A DNA stretch of 55,159 bases, from contig NW_021833739.1 of NCBI RefSeq assembly GCF_006345805.1, positions 1-55,159 on the forward strand. Direction: 5' to 3'. This stretch comes from Octopus sinensis (Eukaryota). This document shows positions 40,915-52,495 of this stretch, one piece after another (the first letter of the stretch is position 1; every line of letters begins with the position of its first letter). The translations under genes and the position numbers were made by a program. Below the pieces are notes generated by a model. It had not been told where the DNA came from. It worked only from the letters and a program-made list of their open reading frames with translations, and searched no databases.

Positions 40915-41095
40915 GATCGGTAGCCACTACACACATTTTTTCTCTCCTTGTTTTTTTTTCTGTGTCCCTTTCTGTAGAAGAGCGTAGGCTCGAAACGTAA
41001 AATACTTTTTCAATTCCTGAGCGTTATACTAATACATCTGTTTGTTTTCTACACACCACCTGTCTTCGTCTTTTGTTTTGTTCGTGAAGTCTCCC
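40915..41095 (+). mobile_element. Family C-related element with variant minimal hammerhead
   Basis: 40969-41002: UUU-CUGUAGA-A-GAGC guag GCUC-GAAA-CG-UA/AAA (A6 to U). Downstream ttcctgagcgt...aatac...tttgtt is shared with family C. Confidence 0.65.
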
Positions 41096-41101
41096 TATAT
41101 A

Positions 41102-41506
41102 TACTCTTTTTACTCTTTACTCTTTTATTTGTTTCAGTCATTTGACTGCGGCCATGCTGGAGCACCACCTTTAATCGAGCAACTCGACCCCGGGACTTAT
41201 TCTTTTGTAAGCCCAATACTTATTCTATCGGTCTCTTTTGCCGAACCGCTAAGTAACGGGGACATAAACACACCAGATCGGTTGTCAAGCAATGCTAGGG
41301 GGACAAACACAGACACACAAACACACACACGCATATATATATATACATATATATGACGGGCTTCTTTCAGTTTCCGTCTACCAAATCCACTCACAAGGCT
41401 TTGGTCGGCCCGAGGCTATAGTAGAAGACACTTGCCCAAGGTCCACGCAGTGGGACTGAACCCGGAACCATGTGGTTGGTAAACAAGCTATTTACCACAC
41501 AGCCAC
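41102..41506 (-). mobile_element. SINE family A, near full length
   Basis: Reverse-complement match to the other copies. Confidence 0.88.
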
Positions 41507-42319
41507 AGCCATATATATACATATATGCCAAAAGTTTTTTTATCTCGTCTGCTCTTTTTAATGTCGTCTGCTCATACTCTCAAAATTTTCCATACACTCT
41601 CACTGCCTTTCCTTCCCAATTACTTTGTTTTTTCATCTTCCACTGTCATCGTAAACTGGTTTCTGTTTGACAAAATAACAAGAGTTTATATTTCTAATCA
41701 TACGCTGTAATTCTCTGGTCCTGAAGTGGAACAGCAAATTTTGCTAAAAGAGATTTATGAAAAGTTTTAATCATAAAGCGCTTCGTCTAAGCTCTTATCT
41801 GTTATATTTGCAGCTTGCAGTACCCGTAGAAATTCCCATGTAATCCTGCCATAGATGCAAGTTTATAGAAAACCATAAAAATATATTATTTCTTTTCAAA
41901 TTATATATTTTTTTACAGCATTTTGTTGCTTAGGTGCTATTAAAGTCCACAGAGATAGTACTGAAGGCACCGGCTTAAGAGACATCGCCTCGTAAAGCTG
42001 TAATTCTTTATATATCTCCCCAAACACGTGGTTTCGTGGACAGACCCACTGCGTGGCACCTTGGGCAAGTATTTTCTGTTATAGCCTTGAGCCGACCAAA
42101 GCCTCGTGAGTGGATTTGGTAGACAGAAACTGAAAGAAGCCCATCATATTTATATGTATATATATATATATATGTACATATTTATTTTATAGAAGGAGCT
42201 TCTACAGGACTAGAACTGTTTCATTCAAATGAAATCATCAGGAAGCTCATTTACTCTGCTATGTATTGAGTACCTTATTTACTGTGGTTAACCCCGACTC
42301 AACCCGGGATCTACATATA

Positions 42320-45300
42320 TATGTACATATATATATGTACATGTTCTCCCCAAAAGAAGAAACGTCGTCAAAACTCCAGTGGGGCAGATTTAGCTATGAA
42401 ACCTGACCACGATAAACAGTCTCCTGTTGACGCAGAGTCACCCTTGATTTCTTCCCTGGAGACGTCCAAACCGAAGGGAACAAAATCGAAGCGGCCAAAG
42501 AAGGCGAAGGAACCGGCGGTCGTTTCTGCACATGATCGTTCATGTGCGGATTCTTCCTCATCTGCCTTTTCGGTCCCGGAGGTTCCCCAACCTAATTTGA
42601 GGAGCGTAGACTCAAACCCACCTGAGGACCGTTGTTCTCCCCAAAGAAGAAACGTAGTCAAAACTCCAGTGGGGCAGATTTAGCTATGAAACCTGATCAC
42701 GAAAAATCTGTTTGGATTCTCCCTCACTTGTCCTTCCCATTAATGCCATTGCTCAACCAATTCTGAACGATCTCGATGTGAGTTCATCTGGGGAGTGGTG
42801 CTCCCCCAAACAGAAGAAGAGGCAGTGCAGTTCCAAACCAGGCGGGAAAATTATGACCACTAAACCCATTCCGATCGACCCCGCAGGCCGACATAAGTCC
42901 GATGGCTATGAAACCACCCTTTCGAAATCTTCCAATGAAGAATCGAATACCGCAGCTCATAGTAGAGAACATTTTGCCCACTCAAGATCAGCAATAATTT
43001 ATGGTAAAGCTGAATCCACCTGTGATACAGGCATAAACCGCCTAAAAGATGACATTAATTTTGTTTCCATTTTAGTTGGAAAATTGTTCTCTGTGAACGA
43101 AAATGTCAGTGTCCATAAGGTCGCTCGGCTAGGAAGATTCCAAGCGAACCAACCTCAGATACTAGACCACGCCCAATAAGGGTAATCTTCTCCTCCGATC
43201 GGGAGGCTTCAGTCTTTCTGAACAGAGCTCAGACGCATGCCTGGAGGACCCCAATATGGGTTTCGCGAGGAATACTCACTAAGAGAGAGAATTCGCGGAG
43301 AAACCTGATATCCGAACTAAAGATGAGGAAACAAAGGGGAGAGAAGGTTTACGAATCCAAGATGGACAGATAATCAAGTCCTACTCTGGTCCCATGCTGT
43401 AGTGCTGACAGGGAAAGTGATGTGAGGGCAAATCGAAGTGAAGTCGATACCCCCGCCCCCGTCACGTGCTATCTCTGATACCCCTTATTCTGCTTGTTTC
43501 CCAACTCCCGCCCCTCAGACTTCACAGCTCAGCATCGTCTACACCAACTCGTGCTCCTTATTCCCAAAGTTCATTGAACTATTTACACTGGCCATACGTG
43601 ACTCCCCTGATGTGATAGCTATCACCGAGACTTGGCTGACTCCAGCAGTAAAGGACTCAGAAATCCACCTGCAGGGCTACGTCCTTTTCAGATGTGACAG
43701 AGGGAAAAGGCGAGGTGGAGGTGTTGCTGTGTATGTTAAGTCTGAGCACAAACCGTCCAGCGGTATTCTAACCACTAATGCTCAACCTACAACAAAATTC
43801 GATGGCCGTCTATTGCAAGCTGAGCCTATCTATCTGAGTTTTGCCTGCCCGTGTTGGCTGTCTACAGGCCGCCTCTTGCGACCCCAGGACGATGCTCATC
43901 TACTCGAAGCGATAAGATTCGTTTCAGCTTCGCATGACTGTTTGGTACTAGGAGACTTCAACGCTCCCACGATCGATTGCCCGCATCAATTTGTACAACA
44001 TCTTCCCGTTTCGGCCAGGCCCTTCTTTGACGTGGATGAAGATTGTTTTCTATCGCAACCTGTTGAATATCCGACAAGGCATCGGTCTGGGCAGCAGCCA
44101 TCTATGCTAGATCTGGTATTCTCCGCTATCCAAGATCAGTGTCAGACGTATCTGTGTGCGCCCCTCTTGCCAAGAGTGATCATGCGGTCCTGAAGTTCGT
44201 CATGCACACAACTTTTCTACGCCCCACGACTACTTCGCTGCGCACGTAGAGTCTTCTCTGCAATTAATCTTGAAATTCTAACCGAGGCTTCCGCGCTTCT
44301 GGACTGGCGATCCCTGATGACGTTGTCCTCTGTTGACGAACTATGGTCATCCCTCAAAGCATATGTAATCTGTTTGACTGACCAGGCAGTTCCCGTTGGG
44401 CTTCCCAAGAAGAAGAAACACAAGCCCTGGGTGACGAAGAAGGTTAAACGAGAACGTCGACTCAGAGATATTGCTTGGGCTGAATTCAAAAATCTGGATT
44501 CGACTGCAGCTTTTGAGGTGTACAAAACTCAACGAGACCGAGCCGTGAAAATTGAAAAGAAAGAACGCTTCAGTTATGAATACAAAATCGCGGCAAATGC
44601 CAGTAGCAATCCAAAACCTTCTTTGCCCATGTCCAGCGGATTCCCGCTTGAAAAACAACCAGATTGCAACGTTGGTTGTAAGACTCAACAGGCGTATCGA
44701 TTGAGGACCCTTATCAACAGAGTCAATTATTTGCCGAGGTTTTTCAACTATTTTCAAACAAGATGATGGTCGTGAACCCCCGCCATTTGATAGATCGGTA
44801 CCTCTCCAATGCTTCGATTGGTCATCACGCGGGACGAAGTCAAACGTGTTATTCAAGGCCTCGATGTCAACAAGGGTCGGCCCTGACGGCATACACCCAC
44901 GGGTTATCAAAGCGTTGGCTCTGGTCATCTGCGAGCCCTTAACACGACTATTCAATATGTCATTGGCGACGGGTGTTATAACCTGCAGATGGAAACAGCG
45001 ATAATCTGCTGCCCAATTTTCAAGAAAGGGAGCCGCGAAGACCCGCTTAACTACCGACGGTTCCCTACAAATCAATAATCAGCAGATGTTCGAAACATCT
45101 CTTAAGAAAAGTATGATGCTTCACCTCCTAAACACAGCCTCTATCTCTGATTCCAACACGGCTTCGTGCCGAAGAGATCATGCTTGACCAACTTACTAGT
45201 AATGGAAGAATTGGTGACGCGCATCCTCGATGATAGTGATGCTGTTGACATCGTTTTATTGGACTTTGCCAAAGCTTTTGACTCGGTAAACCACCGCCTA

Positions 45301-46411
45301 TTACTTGTCAAGCTTCAAGCATATAGTTTCCATCCGGATATTATACGATGGGTTGGTGCCTTTCTCTCAGATCGCTCCTTCCAAGTCCAAGTTAATGGTT
45401 CGCGGTCCGACGTCTCCAGTGCGAGCAGTGGCGTGCCTCAAGGTTCTGTGCTTGGGCCCTTGTTGTTCTTAGTCTTCATAAATGACTTGCCCGACGACCT
45501 CACGCAACACACCCTTCTATTTGCCGACGATATCAAACTGGTCGCTCCTCGCGGTAATATAGAGGATCTTCGTCGATGCCTCCACCAAATTTGATTATTG
45601 AATTTGGAAGTGGTCTAACGATTGGGACCTGTGTCTGAACGTGTCAAAGTGCTGTCATCTGCCTGTCGGCTCTACTCCTGCAACTCAACTTGATTTCGAG
45701 CCGGGTCGTCTGCTGCTGGAGAGGACCGATCAGGTAAAGGGCCTGGGTATCTTGGTGGATTCCTCCTTTTCGCCTTCGGCCCAGTGCGTCCATGCTGCCA
45801 ACAAAGCACGCGGATTCTGTTCTTGATTCGACGGTCATTCGGAATGCTCACAGCAGCCATATTCCTACCACTATGTCACGCTGGTGAGACCCATATTGGA
45901 GTATGGGATTCAAGCCTCTTTCCTTAAAGACATACAGCATCTCGAAAGAGTCCAGAAGCTGTACCCCCGCATGGTTCATGATCTCAAAAATTTGTCCTAC
46001 GAAGAAAGGCTGAGGACGCTCGACCTTTATTCTCTTGAAAAACGCGCGCCGCCGTGGTGATCTCATTCTCATCTCGCCCACAACATCATAAGCGGAAAAT
46101 GTGAACCTCTCGAAAGAGGCTGTTCTTCACTCCGCTCCAGAGCGTCGGCTGCGGGGTCATTCGAAAAGCTCTACCTGCGACGATTTCATCTCAATCGAAG
46201 GAGAAAGCTTTCTCCGTCCGGGTTGCGGATCCGTGGAACAAGCTGCCAGACGAGATGGTGAAGATGCCGACGACCGCTTTGTTCAATCAGCCTCCCTGGA
46301 CCTCAAGTGGCCTGAACTCTTTACATGAACACCACCCTGTACTTAACTCCATGTCCCCCTACATGGCCTTGCTATTTGCTTTTGAGCCAAATTAACTAAC
46401 TACTAACTAAC
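42320..46411 (+). mobile_element. Near full-length CR1-group LINE: ORF1 remnant, APE endonuclease and RT, multiply frameshifted
   Basis: APE motifs: IVYTN, IAITETWL, DRGKRRGGGVAVYVK, VLGDFNAP, SMLDLVFS. RT motifs: RSCLTNLL, LDFAKAFDSV, GVPQGSVLGPLLF, LFADDIKL. 3' (ACTA)-type tail. Confidence 0.92.
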
Positions 46412-46416
46412 ATATA

Positions 46417-46496
<80 letters not shown>

Positions 46497-46498
<2 letters not shown>

Positions 46499-47128
46499 AA
46501 TAATGCCCTCTATACAATATAGATATAATTAATTTGTTCAAAAGAAAAAATTATTTTCGAATTCTTTTCTTTTATGAGGTTTTCAGCGAGCTACCGCGAT
46601 AATTTCTTGTTAAGATCCCTTATTAAGAGATTATCCTTAATGTTAAACTTATTCCGAAATACTTTTCATTACCCGACATGCAGTTCGTAAAAAGCCCGCC
46701 ATTTTACCGGATATATGATTTATAAAACATTCCATGTGCTTGGCCGGAGTGAGCATTGTCTGTTCGTCTTCGCTACGTAAGGTTGTAGTTTATTTATGAT
46801 GTGTTCAGAACAGTTCTGCTGACGATCATTAGACGTAAGTTGAATGTGAAATCACGGTGATACAGAACTAAATTCATTTTTTAAATGTCTTGCTTGAAAA
46901 ACTGCATTTGGGTATGATAGTATAATTTTGGTAGTAAGGACTTTGTCGTCCCTCCTAGTGTGAGGCATTTATGGTAATAATGCCCTCTATACAATATAGA
47001 TATAATTAATTTGTTCAAAAGAAAAAAAGATTTTCGAATTCTTTTCTTTTATGAGGTTTTCACGCTAGCTACCCGATAATTTCTTGTTAAGATCCCTTAT
47101 TAAGAGATTATCCTTATTGTTAAACTTA
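46497..47128 (+). mobile_element. Hammerhead element: 477-bp unit with 155-bp terminal redundancy
   Basis: Direct repeats at 46497-46651 and 46974-47128 with an HHR between them. The 3' end runs into (TA)n. Confidence 0.8.
46813..46868 (+). ncRNA. Type I hammerhead ribozyme
   Basis: GUUCUG-CUGACGA-u CAUU[12 nt]AAUG u-GAAA-UCAC g GUGA-UA/CAGAAC. Perfect 6-bp stem I; U.U at the base of stem II. Confidence 0.8.
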
Positions 47129-47129
47129 T

Positions 47130-47182
<53 letters not shown>

Positions 47183-47192
47183 TATATATATT

Positions 47193-47555
47193 ATATTAAA
47201 TTAGAGATTAAACCACTATATTGGCAAATCAAACAATGAAAAAACTTAAGCCAATACATAAAATTATTAATTTATATTATTTTAAATATATATCAAAAGT
47301 ATTAAAAGTTAAATAAAAGATAATGAATAAACACTACGATCGTTTCATGGCTGTCCAATTCGTAATAATTCGAGTTATGGTTACAGTCAATCTTCAGGTA
47401 ATTGAAATATCTAAAATATAATCAGAAATATTTAAACAATAGTGGTTTTATCTCTAATTTAATATGATATATATTTTACTATAAAATTGGATGCAATCCT
47501 AAATCTGATTTTTCCCTGTAAGTTTGGATTTATTCCCTAATATTTTATTATATTA
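47193..47555 (-). mobile_element. (TA)n-embedded element with 27-bp inverted repeat and degenerate hammerhead
   Basis: Inverted repeat 47193-47219 / 47439-47465. 47333-47400 on minus reads CUGAAGA-uugACUGU..ACAGccau-GAAA-CGAUCG-UA, with a weak stem I. Confidence 0.6.
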
Positions 47556-47560
47556 TATAT

Positions 47561-47623
<63 letters not shown>

Positions 47624-47710
47624 TATTATGTACGCATGTACCTATGTATGTATTTATGTATGTATGTATGTATGTATGTATGTATGTATGTATGTATGTA
47701 TGTATGTATG

Positions 47711-47880
47711 TACGAGGGTGGGTCAAAAAGTAATGCCACTTTGTTTAGGACAGGTATAATTACCAATACAGGAACATGTATCGTACGTCAAAATGAAGCT
47801 GATCCTCTGTGGATCACATCATCCTACTTCCTAACATAGTCACCGTTTCTCTCAATAGCAATGTTCCACCTTCGAATGAG
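47711..47880 (-). mobile_element. Mariner 3' end with TIR
   Basis: TIR-like tacgagggtgggtcaaaaagtaatgc. The minus strand encodes IHVLIRRWNIAIERNGDYVRK*, a mariner C-terminus. Confidence 0.75.
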
Positions 47881-47991
47881 AACATGTATCTCAGCCCCGA
47901 AAACATAAACACGCCAACATCGGTTGTCAATCAAAGGTGGGTGGACAAACACAGAGACAAACACGCACACATCAATATATATACATATATA

Positions 47992-48055
<64 letters not shown>

Positions 48056-48060
<5 letters not shown>

Positions 48061-48385
48061 TAATTAAGGTTTAATTGCAACAAGTTGCTCAAAACCACAT
48101 ACCGAAAATATTAGGAATAGCAGCCAAAATGATCACTATTTCCTCTACTAATAAAAAGTCTCCACAAACAAACACAGAGACTTTTTATTAGTAGAGGAAA
48201 TAGTGATCATTTTGGCTGCTATTTCTAATATTTTCGTATGTGGTTTTGAGCAACTTGTTGCAATTAACCTTAATTATAATTATTATAACCCTTATCAAAT
48301 ATGGTCTTTTCTATACCGATAAATCTACTAGTGATATTTATTAATTTTATTAAATTAATTATATTCCACCCTTTTTTTTGCATAT
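48056..48385. repeat. Fold-back (about 105-bp arms, 14-nt spacer) plus extension, between (TA)n tracts
   Basis: 48056-48162 is inverted at 48177-48281. Shares motifs with the HHR elements at 40472 and 48901 but has no HHR itself. Confidence 0.8.
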
Positions 48386-48900
48386 ATATAATATTATATA
48401 TATATATTATATATATTATATATTATATATATATATTATACATGACGGGCTTCTTTCAGTTTCTGTCTACCAAATCCACTCACAAGGCTTTCGTTGGCAC
48501 GACTCGTATAACAGAAGACACTTGGACATGGTGCCACGCAGGGGGAATCAACTCGAAACCATGCGGTTGGGAAGCAAGCTTCTTACCACGCAGCCACGTT
48601 ATAGATATGTAGTGTGCATGTATGTATGTATATACATATACATATATACGTACACACAGGGCTAAACGTATATATATATATATATATGTGAAGACACACA
48701 GATACATATATATTAAGCATAAACACACACATACACACAAACACACACATATACATATAAATATATGTCTGTATTTATGTGTGTACATATATATATATGC
48801 ATATGTATATATACATATATATGCATATATATACACATATATATATATTCATATATACACATATATATATATTTAAGTATATATATATATATATATATAT

Positions 48901-49596
48901 ATACAATTAAGGGCTCCTAAATAAAGATGCCGAGTGCTGGGAACACAAAAAGGGGATGAATTTATCGAGAGTGAAAATCAAAAACATTTACCGATAACTT
49001 TAACAACTCGTACCGCGGTTTCTGCTTCTTTCTAGCAAAACACAGAATATGTTTGCTAAGGCTAGCTTCATCAGCGAGTCGCCTGAATTTAATCGAGGTC
49101 TGCAGCGATGTGGGGCTATATGTTAAACCCGACTACTAGCAGATCTTAACTTTTCAAATCTCTGCGCAGACGCAAATTTACACGGGCATGCCGGGAAGAA
49201 TTTACGAATAAATTCATCATGTAGTATGCGAATATAAACAAGAAGGGTAGTAATATTATTTACTACCAGGTGCCCAGCACAAAAGACGAATTAGTCATGA
49301 GACAAAAATATTATTCATATAGAAAAATATTATTCATGTGGTTATACAATTAAGGGCTCCTAAATAAAGATGCCGAGTGCTGGGAACACAAAAAGGGGAT
49401 GAATTTATCGAGTTGATTTTCACTCTCGATAAATTCATCCCCTTTTTGTGTTCCCAGCACTCGGCATCTTATTTAGGAGCCCTTAATTGTATAACCACAT
49501 GAATAATATTTTTCTATATGAATAATATTTTTGTCTCATGACTAATTCGTCTTTTGTGCTGGGCACCTGGTAGTAAATAATATTACTACCCTTCTT

Positions 49597-49604
<8 letters not shown>
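48901..49604 (-). mobile_element. Hammerhead element: 443-bp unit with terminal redundancy and a ~190-bp inverted 5' segment, in (TA)n
   Basis: Direct repeat 48901-48969 / 49344-49412. Palindrome arms 49232-49412 and 49425-49604. HHR at 49006-49079. Confidence 0.8.
49006..49079 (-). ncRNA. Type I hammerhead ribozyme with long stem II extension
   Basis: ACUCG-CUGAUGA-a GCU..UAGCAAACA/UGUUUUGCUA..AGC a-GAAA-CCGCGG-UA/CGAGU. GUA site. Confidence 0.82.
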
Positions 49605-49650
<46 letters not shown>

Positions 49651-49653
<3 letters not shown>

Positions 49654-50008
49654 AACGGCAGTTTGTCTGTGTGTGTTTCTGTGTGTCTGTCAGGTTGTAC
49701 CCCACCCTGACCACGGCTTTCAACCGATTCTGATGAAACTTGACACACACATAGCCCAATGTCATAATTCAAAACTAACGCAGCGAAAATTTTGGAAAGT
49801 TCCCCCAGTTCTGAAAAAAATCGATAAATTCAACATGGGGTCGAGAATCAGAAACACAAACCACATACTGTCTAGGAGACGCAACTCGACCTTTTTAACT
49901 AAAAAAAATTTACCATCATTTTTTTTCCATTTTTTGGCTATAACTCTCTAAAAATGCTTTATAGTTATTTCCCTTACAAACCCGAGCAATGCCGGGCGTA
50001 TACTGCTA

Positions 50009-50010
<2 letters not shown>
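49651..50010 (+). mobile_element. Complete non-autonomous Helitron-like element (~360 bp)
   Basis: 5' (CTGT/GT)-rich tract; 3' GC-rich hairpin cccgagcaatgccggg followed by terminal CTAGT; no TSD; inside (TA)n. Confidence 0.8.
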
Positions 50011-50057
<47 letters not shown>

Positions 50058-50391
50058 CTGCTTCGATCTTAATCGTATATGATGTGGTTTTGATAAACCA
50101 ATACACTAACGATAATCGACCGCAGGCCGTATTTTCCATATAAAAACAATATTAAAAAATAATAATAGGTTTTCCTTATAAAATTCACCACCGGTTTCGT
50201 TTGTCAAATTTTTTTTTTTTTTAGTTTCTTATGTCCTAATCCTGCTCTATACAAATACATACATAAGAAATTTGTTGCTTAAATACACCCGAAAGGTACA
50301 TACACATACATACAACCGGCTACTCGGGTCTCTCACATATACAAACAGCGACAGACACACACTTACGAATGCATATATTTAGATTTATATA

Positions 50392-51011
50392 CAGGAGTGG
50401 CTGTGTGGTAAGTAGCTTGCTTACCAACCACATGGTTCCGGGTTCAGTCCCACTGCGTGGCATCTTGGGCAAGTGTCTTCTGCTATAGCCCCGGGCTGAC
50501 CAATGCCTTGTGAGTGGATTTGGTAGACGGAAACTGAAAGAAGCCCGTCGTATATATGTATATATATATAAGTGTGTGTGTATATGTTTGTGTGTCTGTG
50601 TTTGTCCCCCTAGCATTGCTTGACAACCGATGCTGGTGTGTTTACGTCCCCGTCACTTAGCGGTTCGGCAAAACAGACCGATAGAATAAGTACTGGGCTT
50701 ACAAAGAATAAGTCCCGGGCTCGATTTGCTCGACTAAAGGCGATGCTCCAACATGCCCGCAGTCAAATGACTGAAACAAGTAAAAGAGTAAAAGAGTATA
50801 TATACACATATATGTGTGTATGTGTGTGCGTGTGTTGTGTGCGTTTGTGCGTGTGTGTGTGTATGTGTGTGTGTAGGCGCAGGAGTGACTGTGTGGCAAG
50901 TAGCTTGTTTACCAACCACATGGTCCGGGTTCAGCTCCACTGCGTGGCACCTCAGGTCGACCAAAGCCTTGTGAGTGAATTTGGTAGACGGAAACTGGAA
51001 GAAGCCTGCCG

Positions 51012-51065
<54 letters not shown>

Positions 51066-51878
51066 TGTATATATATACATGTCTGTATGAGTGTGTTTGT
51101 CACCCCACCATCGCTTGACAACCGATGCTTGTGTGTTTATGTCCCCGTAACCTAGCGGTTCGGCAAAAGAGACCGATAGAATAAGTACTAGGCTTACAAA
51201 GAATAAGTCCTGGAGTCGATTTGCTCGACTAGAGGCGGTGCTCCAGCATGGCCTCAGTCAACTGACTGAAACAAATAAAAGAATAAAAGAATATATAATA
51301 GGCGCAGGAGTGGCTGTGTGGTAAGTAGCCTGCTAACCAACAACATGGTTTCGGGTTCAGTCCCACTGCGTGGCACCTTCGGCAAGTGTCTTCTGCTATA
51401 GCCCCGGGCCGACCAATGCCTTGTGAGTGGATTTGGTAGACGGAAACTGAAAGAAGCCCGTCGTATATATGTATTTATATATATATGTATGCGTGTGTGT
51501 GTTTGTGTGTCTGTGTTTGTCCCCCTAGCATTGCTTGACAACCGATGCTGGTGTGTTTACGTCCCCGTCACTTAGCGGTTCGGCAAAAGAGACCGATAGA
51601 ATAAGTACTGGGCTTACAAAAGAATAAGTCCCGGGGTCGAGTTGCACGATTAAAGGCGGTGCTCCAGCATGGCCGCAGTCAAATGACTGAAACAAGTAAA
51701 AGTAAGAAGTAAAGTATATATATATATATATATATATATACATACGCAGTGTTAAGAAGTTTGCCTCACAACCACATGGTTCTGGGTTCAGTCCCTTTGT
51801 GAGGTACCTTGGACAAGTGCCTTCCACTACCGTTCTTGTGAGTAGATTCGGTTAGCAGAAACTGAAAGAAGACTCGTC
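50392..51878 (+). mobile_element. Head-to-tail cluster of four SINE family A copies
   Basis: Copies at ~50392-50800, 50875-51291, 51300-51715 and a partial one at 51748-51878. Confidence 0.85.
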
Positions 51879-51920
51879 CGTTGATGAAGAGCGCAGCTAT
51901 CTGCGTGACAAAAAAATAAA

Positions 51921-52495
51921 GGCGGCGAGCTGGCAGAAGCGGTATTTCCTCTGCCGCTACGTTCTGAGTTCAAATTCCGCCGAGGTCGACTTTGCCTTTC
52001 ATCCTTTCGGGGTTAATTAAATACGTACCAGTTACGCACTGGGGTCGATATAATCGACTTTAATCGTTTGTCTGTCCTTGTTTGTCCCCTCTGTGTGTAG
52101 CCCCTTGTGGGTAGTAAAGAAATAGGTATTTCGTCTGCCGCTATGTTCTGAGTTCAAATTCCGCCGAGGTCGACTTTGGATTTCATCCTTTCGGGGTTAA
52201 TTAAATAAGTACCAGTTACGCTCTGGGGTCGATATAATCAACTTAATCTGTTTGTCTGTCCTTGTTTGTCCCCTCGTGTTTAACCCCTTGTGGGTAGTAA
52301 AGAAATAGGTATTTCGTCTGCCGTTACGTTCTGAGTTCAAATTCCGCCGAGGTCGACTTTGCCTTTCATCCTTCCGGGGTTAATTAAATAAGTACCAGTT
52401 ACGCACTGGGATCTATATACTAGACTTAATCCCTTTGGCTGTCCTTGTTTGTTCCCTCTGTGTGTAACCCCTTGTGGGCAATAAAGGAATAAGAA
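51921..52495 (+). mobile_element. SINE family B array, 3 units
   Basis: Unit starts at 51943, 52127 and 52310. All units carry the private variant ggggttaattaaata. Ends gggcaataaaggaataagaa, followed by a SINE A 3' fragment. Confidence 0.88.
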
